A stretch of 64,000 nt of DNA from Syncephalis fuscata S228 (lineage: Eukaryota; Fungi; Zoopagomycota), in the NCBI GenBank assembly GCA_025786725.1, contig JAHLTZ010000031.1:62001-126000 (forward strand). The letters are read 5' to 3'. Shown one piece after another: positions 41,488-53,211 of the stretch. The position numbers were made by a program, and so were the translations under genes. Positions within the stretch are counted from its first letter, which is position 1; every line of letters starts with the position of its first letter. The notes beneath the pieces are model-generated. The model was given only the letters and a program-made list of their open reading frames with translations. It did no database searches and was not told the DNA's origin.

Positions 41488-42969
41488 CAATATGCTTTAA
41501 ATACATATTCGACAAAATTTAAGACCATTTGGCTACTGTCGCTCAATTCATCCACACAGCAAGTTCCCACCAATGCCTCAAATAATTTTTAAGCTATTGT
41601 TTATTGCTTGAATTACATTAAACGCCTAACTATTTCGTAATATGCATCGCTATGTGTCTTTCGGTGCAACCATACGACGGCTTAGCTTATCAGTCACTGA
41701 TTCGCCCAATAGCCAGAAAAGACCGGCCAAAAGGTTTGCATCTACACCAGCATAGTATTTATACCGGGGTACTGAAGATTGCATTGCGTGTTTCATAAGA
41801 TTAGTGACATGGCACGGATGTGTACCTGTTCCAATCATGGTCTCGAAGTGATTTTTAAGACCATTGGCTATTTGTTGATATTCTTTTGGATTATTAGTGA
41901 TATCATTTGCATTGTTAGTTTGATCCAGCCCTTCTGCCATAATTTTTACTGAATTTTTTAGTCCTGGTGTATTAATAGAACCTATATTACATGATCGTAA
42001 ATAAAATAGTACATTATTAGACTTTTGTATATTTACCAGGCTCAATCAAAACAACTGCCACTTTGAATGGTGCCAACTCAGAGCGAAGTATCCGCGTCCA
42101 AGACGCAAGCGCTGCTTTGGCAGCTGAATATGATGAACAACAGGGGACGGCAAACCATGACATGATTGAGCCTATATTAATTACGCGGCCTTGTTGGACA
42201 CGAATACGTGGTAAGGCAAGCCGTGTTAGCTCGACAGCACCAAGGAAATTAGTCCAAAGTGCTTGCATCCAATAATCAGCATCCATTTGTTCAGAAACAT
42301 ACGAAATGCCATGTCCTGCGTTATTAATTAATGCCACCAAAGGTACATTGTTGTTATGTAAACATGTCTCAATTTGCTCCCATCCTTGTGCAATCTGGGT
42401 CTTGCCAGCTAGATCCATGATCACTGGGTGGAGGCTGCCGCCATGTATGAATGCTGAATCTTCTGATGCTGCTTGTTCTGAAAGCGATTCAAACTCCTCA
42501 TTCAGCATTTTTATATGAGCACTTTGACGAACAGTTGCTATTACTGTGTATCCCTGACGAGCCAATGTCAATGCAGCATCTTTGCCAATGCCGCTACTGG
42601 TACCAGTGATAATGATAGCTGGGTGGTAGTCAGCATTAGGAACGTGAGTTGGATAGCTAGTGCCTAGGCCAATGGCAGCCATGCCCTGCCAAATAGCATC
42701 TTGTACACAATAGGAAATCATATCGCTGTTGATAACTGGTTCAATGCAAGTAGCTATATCACGGTGTTAATGGCAACAATTGTGTGCAATAGGTAAGTGG
42801 CTGGGAGATGATACGAAAACTACTAGTAAAGTATACTGATAACATAAAAGCGAAAAACACAACTTATCAAGCAGTATTTAACACAATGAATGTGTCATTC
42901 TAAATCATACCGGCTAAACTATTAATGTGTCATATTATGTTGTACACGTTTATGTTTTATGACGCATAA
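41488..42969. repeat. Direct segmental duplication unit 1 (partner 44668-46150, offset ~3180 bp)
   Basis: Near-identical from ~41960 to ~42925 and more diverged over the SDR 3' exon and 3' flank. Confidence 0.9.
41650..42721 (-). CDS. Short-chain dehydrogenase/reductase (17beta-HSD/retinol dehydrogenase-like), copy 1; intron ~41982-42036
   Basis: IIITGTSSGIG (TGxxxGIG), LINNAG, GRVINIGS, YSAAK (YxxxK), LRSELAPFKVAVVLIEPG|SINTP, PRYKYYAGVDA. Confidence 0.9.
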
Positions 42970-44667
42970 TATGTCCAATCACATTTCCTAAAGCTGAAAC
43001 ATTGATTAAATTTATTTTGGCCCTCCAAAAACAAAATTTATTCCAACTAAAGTCGCGCTGCTATACACAACACAATTATATTGTCTCCTAATAAAATTAT
43101 AGTAAAACGAGCTTTATTTGTGTAATAGAACGAGTGGGTGTAAGACAAGCTTTTCCTTCCGCTTACCGCAGACATTATATACGGCGGCGTCTACTAAATC
43201 CTTCACAAATTACACTGCCGCGCATTGAAATATATTGGTAACTGGTTCCATAGACTGGAGTTCCGTTGCAATATATACCTGTACAATTTAATCCATAATA
43301 AAAATCCATAGCTTTGTCACTATTCCCTTCGTTCATACATAGCGATTACATATTGCGAGTTATAATAGTCAATTATGATAATAAGATTTTAATAAAGTAT
43401 TCTGCCAATATTTTATGGCATATATGAATAATTTAATGTTTATATACCACTTTCTTTAAACATAGATCAGAATATAAATAATAACAATGACGTCCAAAAA
43501 GAAAATTAAACAGATATTTTGTTTATTCTTAATAAAATATTATACAGTGATAATTAATTATATGTCTGTACTATTGCTGTATATTCAAAATCAGCAATAC
43601 ATGGCTGAAACGATCAACTACACGTAAGTTAGTGTCTGTGCATTTGTTGTATGTGGCTGGCCAACGTGGGCTGTTTTACACTTAAACGATCGACAATATT
43701 GATAATTAAATGGAATGTTTATTACTGAAAACACTATTACATGTCGCACTACAAACAATACATACGCACGGCTAATTCAAACAAACTGCTCTATGAAATA
43801 TTGACGGCTGCACAGTGCAAAAATGATAAGCTTGCGTGTAAGACGATTGCAAACTCAATAAATTGTTCTTTTCCGTAGCCAAGCCGTAATACAAATTAGA
43901 TACATTGAAAACCCAGTCAGTATATTTCATTTCTTAAAGATAATAATCAGTCTACACAAAGTGGTAAATATTTGTAACAAGATGTAAGCTTGATGCATTT
44001 GATTTGCTGTTTGAGATGCATAGAAATAATGTGAATTGAAGTTGTTGGTGAAAGTAGCAGCAAAGACACAGGAGTGCATTATCCTCGTTTCCGCAAATCC
44101 AATAGACAGTTTGCGCTGCATTGCTGAAATGTTTAAAGACACAGTAAAATAAGGTAAATGAGTTTCTGTAACGTATACACTAAAGTATTGATATTACTAC
44201 GTCATCTGTATAAATGAGAAATTAGCTGAAGTAAAATCACAAAAATACGTCACCATTGTTTTTGTAAAAGCAATAGATTCAGCCTGAGTTGCATAGTTGA
44301 GCTGTATAACAGCATAATGCAATCTGACAGGCAAATTCATATTACATATTTACAAAACCATTACACTGCTACGACATTCGTGTAAATGCTAAACAAACTA
44401 AAGCAAAGTCTAGGCCGAGTATTAGCGCGTTACTAGTATATTGGCACACGTATGCTTTTTGCCGTCTGTGGATGTGTTATTATTAACTTACATTGTACAT
44501 TGGTGGTATAAATCACACAGCATAACATATTGGTGTCTCAACATAACTATAGACTTAAATAGTCTACGCAATACATACAACTAACTAGTGATATCATTAT
44601 CACAGTCTATTTTCTGTCAAATACTCAACACTACCCACTTTATACTTCTATAATTAAACTAAAGGTT

Positions 44668-46150
44668 CAATATACTTTAAATAAATATTTGACAAAATTC
44701 AAGACCATTTGGCTACTGTCGCTCAATTCATCCACACACCAAGTTCCCACCAATGCCTCAAATAATTTTTAAGCTATTGTTTATTATTTTAGTTACATTA
44801 AACGCCCAACTATTTGATAATATGCATCACTATGTGTCTTTTGGTGCAACCATACGACTCCATAATCCATCAATCGCCGATTCACCAAATAACCAGGAAA
44901 AACCGGCCAAAAGGTGTGCATCTACACCAACATAGTATTTATACCGGGGTACTGGAGATTGTATTGCGTGTTTCATAGTATTAGTGACATAGAACGGATG
45001 TATACCCTTTCCAATGTTGGGCTCAAAACAGTTTCTAAGGCCGCTGGTTATTTGTCGATATTCTTTTGGTTCATTGATGGCGTCATTTGCATTGTTAGTT
45101 TGATCCAGCTCATCTGCCATACGTTTTACCGACTTTCCTGGTCCTGGTGTATTAATAGAACCTATATTACATGATCGTAAATAAAATAGTACATTATTAG
45201 ACTTTTGTATATTTACCAGGCTCAATCAAAACAACTGCCACTTTGAATGGTGCCAACTCAGAGCGAAGTATCCGCGTCCAAGACGCAAGCGCTGCTTTGG
45301 CAGCTGAATATGATGAACAACAGGGGACGGCAAACCATGACATGATTGAGCCTATGTTAATTACGCGGCCTTGTTGGACACGAATACGTGGTAAGGCAAG
45401 CCGTGTTAGCTCGACAGCACCAAGGAAATTAGTCCAAAGTGCTTGCATCCAATAATCAGCATCCATTTGTTCAGAAACGCGCGAGACACCATGCCCTGCG
45501 TTATTAATTAATGCCACCAAAGGTACATTGTTGTTATGTAAACATGTCTCAATTTGCTCCCATCCTTGTGCAATCTGGGTCTTGCCAGCTAGATCCATGA
45601 TCACTGGGTGGAGGCTGCCGCCATGTATGAATGCTGAATCTTCTGATGCTGCTTGTTCTGAAAGCGATTCAAACTCCTCATTCAGCATTTTTATATGAGC
45701 ACTTTGACGAACAGTTGCTATTACTGTGTATCCCTGACGAGCCAATGTCAATGCAGCATCTTTGCCAATGCCGCTACTGGTACCAGTGATAATGATAGCT
45801 GGGTGGTAGTCAGCATTAGGAACGTGAGTTGGATAGCTAGTGCCTAGGCCAATGGCAGCCATGCCCTGCCAAATAGCATCTTGTACACAATAGGAAATCA
45901 TATCGCTGTTGATAACTGGTTCAATGCAAGTAGCTATATCACGGTGTTAATGGCAACAATTGTGTGCAATAGGTAAGTGGCTGGGAGATGATACGAAAAC
46001 TACTAGTAAAGTATACTGATAACATAAAAGCGAAAAACACAACTTATCAAGCAGTATTTAACACAATGAATGTGTCATTCTAAATCATACCGGCTAAACT
46101 ATTAATGATGTCACATTATGTTGTACACGCTTTTGTTTTATGACGCATAA
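44668..46150. repeat. Direct segmental duplication unit 2
   Basis: Partner of 41488-42969; ends about 10 bp before the 1.2 kb inverted-repeat arm. Confidence 0.9.
44830..45901 (-). CDS. Short-chain dehydrogenase/reductase, copy 2; intron ~45162-45216
   Basis: Same motifs as copy 1. The exon 1 protein differs only at GHGVSRV versus GHGISYV; exon 2 is clearly diverged. Confidence 0.9.
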
Positions 46151-46159
46151 AAATAATTT

Positions 46160-47359
46160 ATTATCCAATATATATACTGAATATATGCATAAATTTTATA
46201 TTAGTATATACCATTCTATGCTATACTGAATACACCATATTGTTATAGGTTTCAATCACATATAACTCGCTAAATGAATGAACTGAGATTCATTAATAAA
46301 AGCTCTAAAACCAAAAGAACAGCTACAATAGATGACGCGTAGCTATCAGACGATAGAATAATATACAATATTGAATGACAATTGGCTGTGTTAAGGTTAT
46401 TAAGCATATATGCATAAGCAATAAGCGGAATTAGTCGACATTTATTAATAATAAAGCTAGAACAAACAATAAAAGCAGTTTTGGACAGAGAAAGGCTAGG
46501 TGAGCATAAAATGATATATAAAATGATAAATGTACGATATAAAGCATACAAATGATGCTAGAGCTATAGACATACAACGCAATGAGTGGAATGAGTAAAG
46601 TGCGTTGAAATATATAAACAATAGAATGTGTGTAGTATGTCACAGAATAATATATACTGGTATATAATAGTATGGGAATGATATAAATGAGTAGAGTATA
46701 TATGTGTACTGGATATATGCATACTGATGATAAATCTACAATGATAAGTATTCTAAACTTTGATGTCATTCACCACCCACCATCATGTTCACTAGAACAG
46801 ATATTTAGTTCACTGCGTAAATGCTATTAAACATAGTCATTCGACCCCTAAATCACATTAAATGGTTAATAAATTACTTAATGCACAAAAAACAGTTATT
46901 TTTATTTAATTAATAAATGAGATGATATATACGGTATGATAATACATACAGGCATAAATTGAAGTACCGATGAAAAAGTTACTCAAGTGGTGGAACAAAA
47001 CAAATAATAAAACTAATCGCATAAAATCAAGTATATTCATAGAACAATGCCATCAGTAAAGCAATGGCAGCATTAACAAAAAAGTATTCTTAGTGGATTA
47101 CTGTTTAAAAATTACCGTTGCATAATGCTCCTAAGTCAGCACACGTAAAATGCGACCCACTGTACATCCAGAAAGGTAAAGTGATGTCCTACTAGTTATA
47201 TGAATAAATTACACCGTTTTAACAAGTCTGAATTTATTACAATTGTACGCGCATACTATTTAAGTTTTAGTTAGCAATCTACAATTCGTATTTTGTTCGG
47301 ATTTATTTGTTTACCATATTTTTATTTCCAAAAGTAGAGGACGCAGAGTAAAATAGCTT
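46160..47359 (+). repeat. Left arm of a ~1.2 kb near-identical inverted repeat
   Basis: Reverse complement of 57140-58349, with only a few substitutions and small indels seen. Includes the dispersed repeat also present at 24 kb. Confidence 0.92.
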
Positions 47360-47633
47360 ATGCATATTTAAATGTACTAATAAGTCATTGCCTATCTATT
47401 TGATGCAAAATAGCTGATTGAGATAGGCAACGCCGACCCAGCAAAGGCCAATCAATTAAACAATAGGCATTGGTATAGACATCCATATGGCTGCACGACA
47501 TTTGAGCATACATAGCACAAATACAACTGATTTATCTGATGACGGTTTGGTTGTCCTTATAAAAGCAGGATGATTGGTACTTGCAATGCTCAGGCAATAT
47601 ATACGCATTATCCCGCTTTATTATTGTAGCAAT

Positions 47634-48960
47634 ATGGGTTTAGTCACTGTAAATACGCAAGTTTTGTTTGTTAAGCGTCCAGTTGATCAGCAAGATATAA
47701 CTGAGTCGTTTAAAGTTACCACAGGTCCAATACCGCGGCCTACAGAAGGACAAATATTAGTACAAGGTATTTATCCGTCAGTTGATCCAGGAACACGTAG
47801 TAAGTATTTTACATGATTTACAGTATTAGTAGCAAATAGATGAACATTATTTATTATAGCGTGGATGGAGGATAATCCCAGATATAGCGATCTATTAAGT
47901 AAGTGGAATATGACTTGTTTAAAGTACTGACTTTTCTATTTAGCAATGAATGAAGTAATGGTTGGTAATGCTCTTGCAGAAGTCATCGAGTCCAGAAACA
48001 ATGACTATAAAGCTGGTGATATTGTCACTTGTTTTTTAGGTAAATAATTGTAAAATAGTAACAGTACAATGTTTAATAATCATTTATAGACTGGCAAAAA
48101 TACGCAGCTGTTGATACGCAGCTTGTAAGGCGTCTTTTGTAAGTTGTTATTTCTATTTCTATTTATTGATGCTATACAAAGGATACTCAAAAACGTACCA
48201 CTTTCAATAGCGTTTGCTGCTTTTCATATAACTGGCCTAACTGCATACTTTGGCCTGGTTGATAAGTTGAAAACACCGTTTATTAATTGTTAACACAATT
48301 TTATTAAAAACGTTGGTCAAATAAAACCTGGACAGACGGTCGTTATATCTGGAGCAGCAGGAGCCACCGGTAATTTGGCATGTAAGTAAAGGCAAACTAG
48401 AAATACATACATACTAAATTGTAAACGTATTAGTGCAATTCGCTAAAATACATGGCTGCCATGTTATCGGTATTACTGGAGGTTTGGAGAAATGCCGCTA
48501 TCTACCGAAGAGCTTGGTGCCGACGTGGCTCTCAATTATCGTTCTAGCACATTCGAAAATGATTTAGCGGCTGCCACGCCCGATTATGTCAATGTATTTT
48601 TTTGATAATGTGGGTGGTAATATACTGGATGCCGTACTATTGCGTTTAGCACAATTCGGTCGTGTTGTTCTATGCGGTGGCATTAGCCAGTACGATAAAG
48701 CAAAGGACCAAGGCCCAAGTAACTATCTAGAGCCCATTGAACAATCCGGATTCTTCTTGGATTTACCGTTTTTACTTATATAAGTCGCTATGATAAGGCA
48801 TCAAACGAAATTGCCAAATGGCTGGCCGCTGGAAAAATTAAGGTGAAAGTGAATATCAAGGATGAAGACGTGACCAAAGCTCATGAAGCAATGACACAAT
48901 TGTTTTCTGATAATAATACAGGCAAATTGCTAGTAAAGGTCGGATTCGAGCCTATCTGTT
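47634..48960 (+). pseudogene. NADP-dependent MDR oxidoreductase (prostaglandin reductase/CurA-like), probably disabled
   Basis: NTQVLFVKRP, SVDPGTR, VIESRNNDYKAGDIV, TGLTAYFGL, IKPGQTVVISGAAGATG, FFDNVGGNILDAVL, FGRVVLCGGISQY, NTGKLLVKV. Frameshifts near 48503, 48600 and 48740-48780, and one intron (48262-48309) reads AT...AA instead of GT...AG. End coordinate is approximate. Confidence 0.75.
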
Positions 48961-49661
48961 TTTTGAGGGATATAGCTTATCAAGTACCAATTACTATCAT
49001 TTATTGACTACAATATCTTGATTTATCCATAATTTACGATTTGAATAAATTTAAATATTCAGCATTACTTACAATAATATTTGTAAACTAATTACATTCA
49101 AAATAGCTAATTTTATTTTATATAATTATTGCAATTTTTTTGAATATGTAGTAGAATAATTATATAAAATATTTGAAATAATAATGACAATTTTGTAATA
49201 GCCAGCTTGGTGGTTTCTATTTAATATTGGATTTCTATTATGCAAATATTAAGCAATTTACTATTAAATTACATTGAATCAATAATAAATAACTACACAA
49301 TAATATTTGCGCAATTGAACTACGCATTTATTCTATTGAATATATAAATGAGTGGTAAGTGACATCAATCATCAAAATACCTATCATTATGTTCAACATA
49401 TTGAATGCTATTAAATTTAGTCATTTGGCCACCAAACAAACAATAGGATTAAATGATTTGATTATTAAATACAATTCAACAATTATAGTTGTTACATTCG
49501 TGCTTGTTGATGCAAATTAACAGTCTTTTCCATTATTATAAATATATTATAGATACAAATTAAAAAAAACTCAAATATTTATTAAGTTGATTATAAAATG
49601 GCTAATTAAAATGCTTGTATTCAACAATTTAAATCTATACACTATTACTAAAAACGTACTA

Positions 49662-52600
49662 TTACTTAGTACCAACCGAATAAGCAGTTGCGTGCATTTG
49701 TAATCCACTAATATTGGGATTCCAGCGCGTTGGACGACTCTTGCGGCGAAATAGCGTACGCATTGTAGAGTAGAACATGAGGAATACGCCAAACGCAACT
49801 GCGACCAAGTGAATATAAACTGGTGTTTTGTATGAAGTACCAAAAGCAATATTCATGAACGGCACATAGCTGACAAATACGCCAAGTCCAAAGCCGCCCA
49901 ATGCACCATAAAAGTTCATTGGGTTAGAAAACATGTAGCGGCCAAATGGTAATCGGAAACGACATTTGCATGCAAACATGTTAAATATTTGAATTATCAT
50001 TACGCCCATATAATAGGACGTTTGGGCCTGTGCCAATGCTTCCACCTGTTCTTCGGCACTTAAAAAGCGTCCATTACCAATATCCAGCGGTTTGGCGTTT
50101 GGCACATAATATTCGCCAAATATCTTTGCAGAACTTCTGGCAACAGACGGTGTAATGCCGTTCATATAAAGCGCTACAAAGTAAGCGGCAAATGCACCGG
50201 CTGTTTCAATGGTTCCCATTTCCAAGTAAGCCCAGGAAAGTACATTGCTATCAACAAGTACTTCGTCGTCGGTATTTTCAAATGCATCACGCCACCATTC
50301 GCCCGAAAAGAAGTAATTAATGGAATGACGGAACCGTGCACTTCGTGTTGGCGGTATTACTTCACCAGATTCCTCGTCGATTCGACTAGGCAATTGCCGG
50401 GCAAGTTTGCTGCGCAAGCGTATAATGCTTTCTGTCGTGACTGGTTTACGAGGTGGCAGCTTCATCAAACCTTGAGTAGTCTCTGGTTTATCCCAGGCAA
50501 AGCTCAAAGCCATAAAAAGCTCAAAGCCAAGATCAATAACCAAAATAAGAATGGCGGAAAGCGGCAGAGGTACCGGGACGACTATGTACAAGAGGGCAGC
50601 ATATACTTCTGGCATACTGTGCGTGACCGTGTACTGAATCGACTTTTTCAGATTGGTAAAGATGAGACGACCCTCCTCAACACCGCTTACTGTTGAAGCA
50701 AAATTGTCGTCAAGCAAAATCATTGAAGCTGCTTCTTTCGACACGTCAGAGCCAGATATGTTCATAGCAATGCCTAGATCGGCCTTTTTCAACGCTGGTG
50801 AATCGTTCACACCATCACCAGTCACACCGACAATATGACCAAGTGCCTGGGCATGTCGGACAATCTCTAACTTGTGACGTGGAGAAGTGCGTGCAAAGAT
50901 GATTTCACTTTTTGATAAAACACGATCCCAGTCGTCTTCTGTAAACGAATCAATCTGCTCGCCATGAATGACAATTGCTTGATATTCGTGCTCTTCAATC
51001 TCGTCCTCTGGCCGACCAAGACGTTTGGCGACCTGCACCTTCGTTTCAGACAGTATCAAGTTAATCTTGCGACCAATAGCTTCGGCAGTCAATGGATGAT
51101 CACCAGTAACCATCATGACTTGAATACCAGCAGCACGGCAACGGCCAATGGCTTCCCGTACACCATGTTTAGGTGGGTCTTCAAGAGAAACAAGGCCAAC
51201 AAAGCAATAATCACCTGTTGGATAGTTGGTTGGGTCCTTGGTAAACTCGTAATCAGCTGGATATTCACTACTTGGTAATAAAAGCTGAGCAAATGCCAAT
51301 ACACGATGTCCTTTGCTGGCCATGTACTCGTAGATTTCATTGTAGTTCTCCTGATGAGTTGATGTCAATGGCTCTGGTCCATTGTTGGAGAGAATAGATG
51401 AGCAGAGACGTAGAACACGTTCTGGCGCACCTTTAATGTAAAGTGTTAAATCACCATTGGCATGCTTCTTTTGATGGATAGAAAGTGCCCATTTGTTTTC
51501 TGAATTAAATGGAATTTCAAAAACCTTTGGATAGTCATTTTGAGTATTGTCAAAATTATCTAGATGTCTACCAGCAAAGCGAATGAGGCCAGCCTCAGTG
51601 GCGTCAGCTAGAACTTGGCGTTCCTCGACAGGAACATCAGTACGATCAAACTTGGCGCGTGAGCACAGAGTTGAAATGTGTAAAATTTCTGGGATACCAG
51701 GGGCATCGAGTGTTAGCATGTTGGCATCATCTTGGTTGCTGCGTTGAGCTGAATAAAAGTTTTGTGAACTCCAAATGTATGTGACTGTCATTTGGTTACG
51801 AGTAAGTGTACCAGTCTTGTCGGTGGCCAGTAGTGTAATAGCACCCAATGTTTCAACACCTTGCAAATCTTTGACCAACACATTACGATTGGCCATTCGC
51901 TTGGCTGCAAATGTTAAAAGCATTGTCATTGTCGCTGGTAAGCCTTCGGGTACCCAACCAAGAAAGACGCCAATTGCGAAGTTTAAACAGAAACTAACAT
52001 TTCCATTGTAAAGAATTAGACCGGTTATAAAAAATATAACACCAGTAAATGCGGCAATTGAAGCAATAATTTTGACAAATCGGGACACTTCTACGGACAA
52101 TGGACTTTCGGACGACTTTTCGCCAGCCGTCATGCCAGCAATTTGTCCAAGCACGGTATTATCGCCCGTGCGTATAACAATGCCATATCCTTCACCGGCC
52201 ACAGCAAGAGTACCATTAAAGGCAATATTTGTTGCCTCTAGTGGATTTTTGAAATCGTTATTCTTGATACGGGACTGCGGCTCAGATTCGCCGGTTAATG
52301 ATGAATTATCAACCTTAAGATCGGAGGCCGAAAAGATACGTAAATCAGCTGGAACTTTGTCGCCCATACGGACAAAAACAACATCGCCAGGAACAAGTTC
52401 TAACGCTGGTAGCTGATTGAGTTTTGAATCCCGAATGGCGTAACATTTCTGAGGAACCATATTGAGAAAGGATTCTAAAATAGCAGCAGTCTTTTGATGC
52501 TGATAGAACTCGATAAAGGCATTAAGAAATGCAACGCCAAATAGAATAGCACCTAAATAAAGCTAATAATGTTCTAATTAAGTCGCGAGTAATTAAAAAT

Positions 52601-53211
52601 GATACTAATAAACTTACATTGGATTGATTATCAGCTGGATCGATACCGTAAAGAATATACATAAGTACACCGGATATTAATAAAAGCAAGTTAAACAAGG
52701 AGATCAGGTATTTAAAATAGACAACAAGTGGGTGTGTTCGCTTTGGTGGAGTAAGTCGATTGGGACCGTATTCTTCAGTGCGCTTTTGAACAAGCTCCGC
52801 GCTGAGACCTTGACTATTTTCAGGGCGCGATTCGTTGACTAAAACGTCATAATGATTGCTAACTTCATCCAAGGTCATCAAATGTTCATTGATATCGACC
52901 ATCTGCGACTTGCTATTCTTATTTTTACTGGGGGATGATTTAGTTGCATGGTCCTGGGCTTTTGCTGACTTGTTGGATTGCTGAACTAATACGGCGTCTG
53001 AAGATTGTGCCATCCTGGCTGATCGATCTTGCTGAGACGTATTGTTTTCGTAAAAGCTAATATGAGTTCCTTTCTTAATCGTGATTTCGTCGTCTTGTTG
53101 CTCGGTGTGTTGAGCCGGATTCAACGTGTTGTTGTTTTTTTTAAAACTTGTTGACATGTTGCCGGATATATCTGGTTCGATGGTAGTGTCGGCGACGGCC
53201 ACTTGTTTCAT
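49662..53211 (-). CDS. P-type ATPase, P2C (Na+/K+- or H+/K+-ATPase alpha-like); intron 52563-52617
   Basis: DINEHLMTL, YGPNRLTPPK, NLYLGAIL, KVDNSSLTGESEPQ, NPLEATNIAF, VPEGL, LVKDLQGVETLG, DKTGTLT, EIPFNSENKW, KGAPERVL, DPPK, MVTGDHPLTAEAI, IVGVTGDGVNDSPALKKADLGIAM, GVEEGRLIFTNLKKSIQYT. Confidence 0.93.

Noticed and set aside
50325-52416. Plus-strand ORFs antisense to the P-type ATPase, and similar antisense ORFs over the kinase, SF3A3, VMA1, SDR and TPR genes
   Set aside because: Antisense or alternate-frame by-products of real coding sequence, with no independent motifs.
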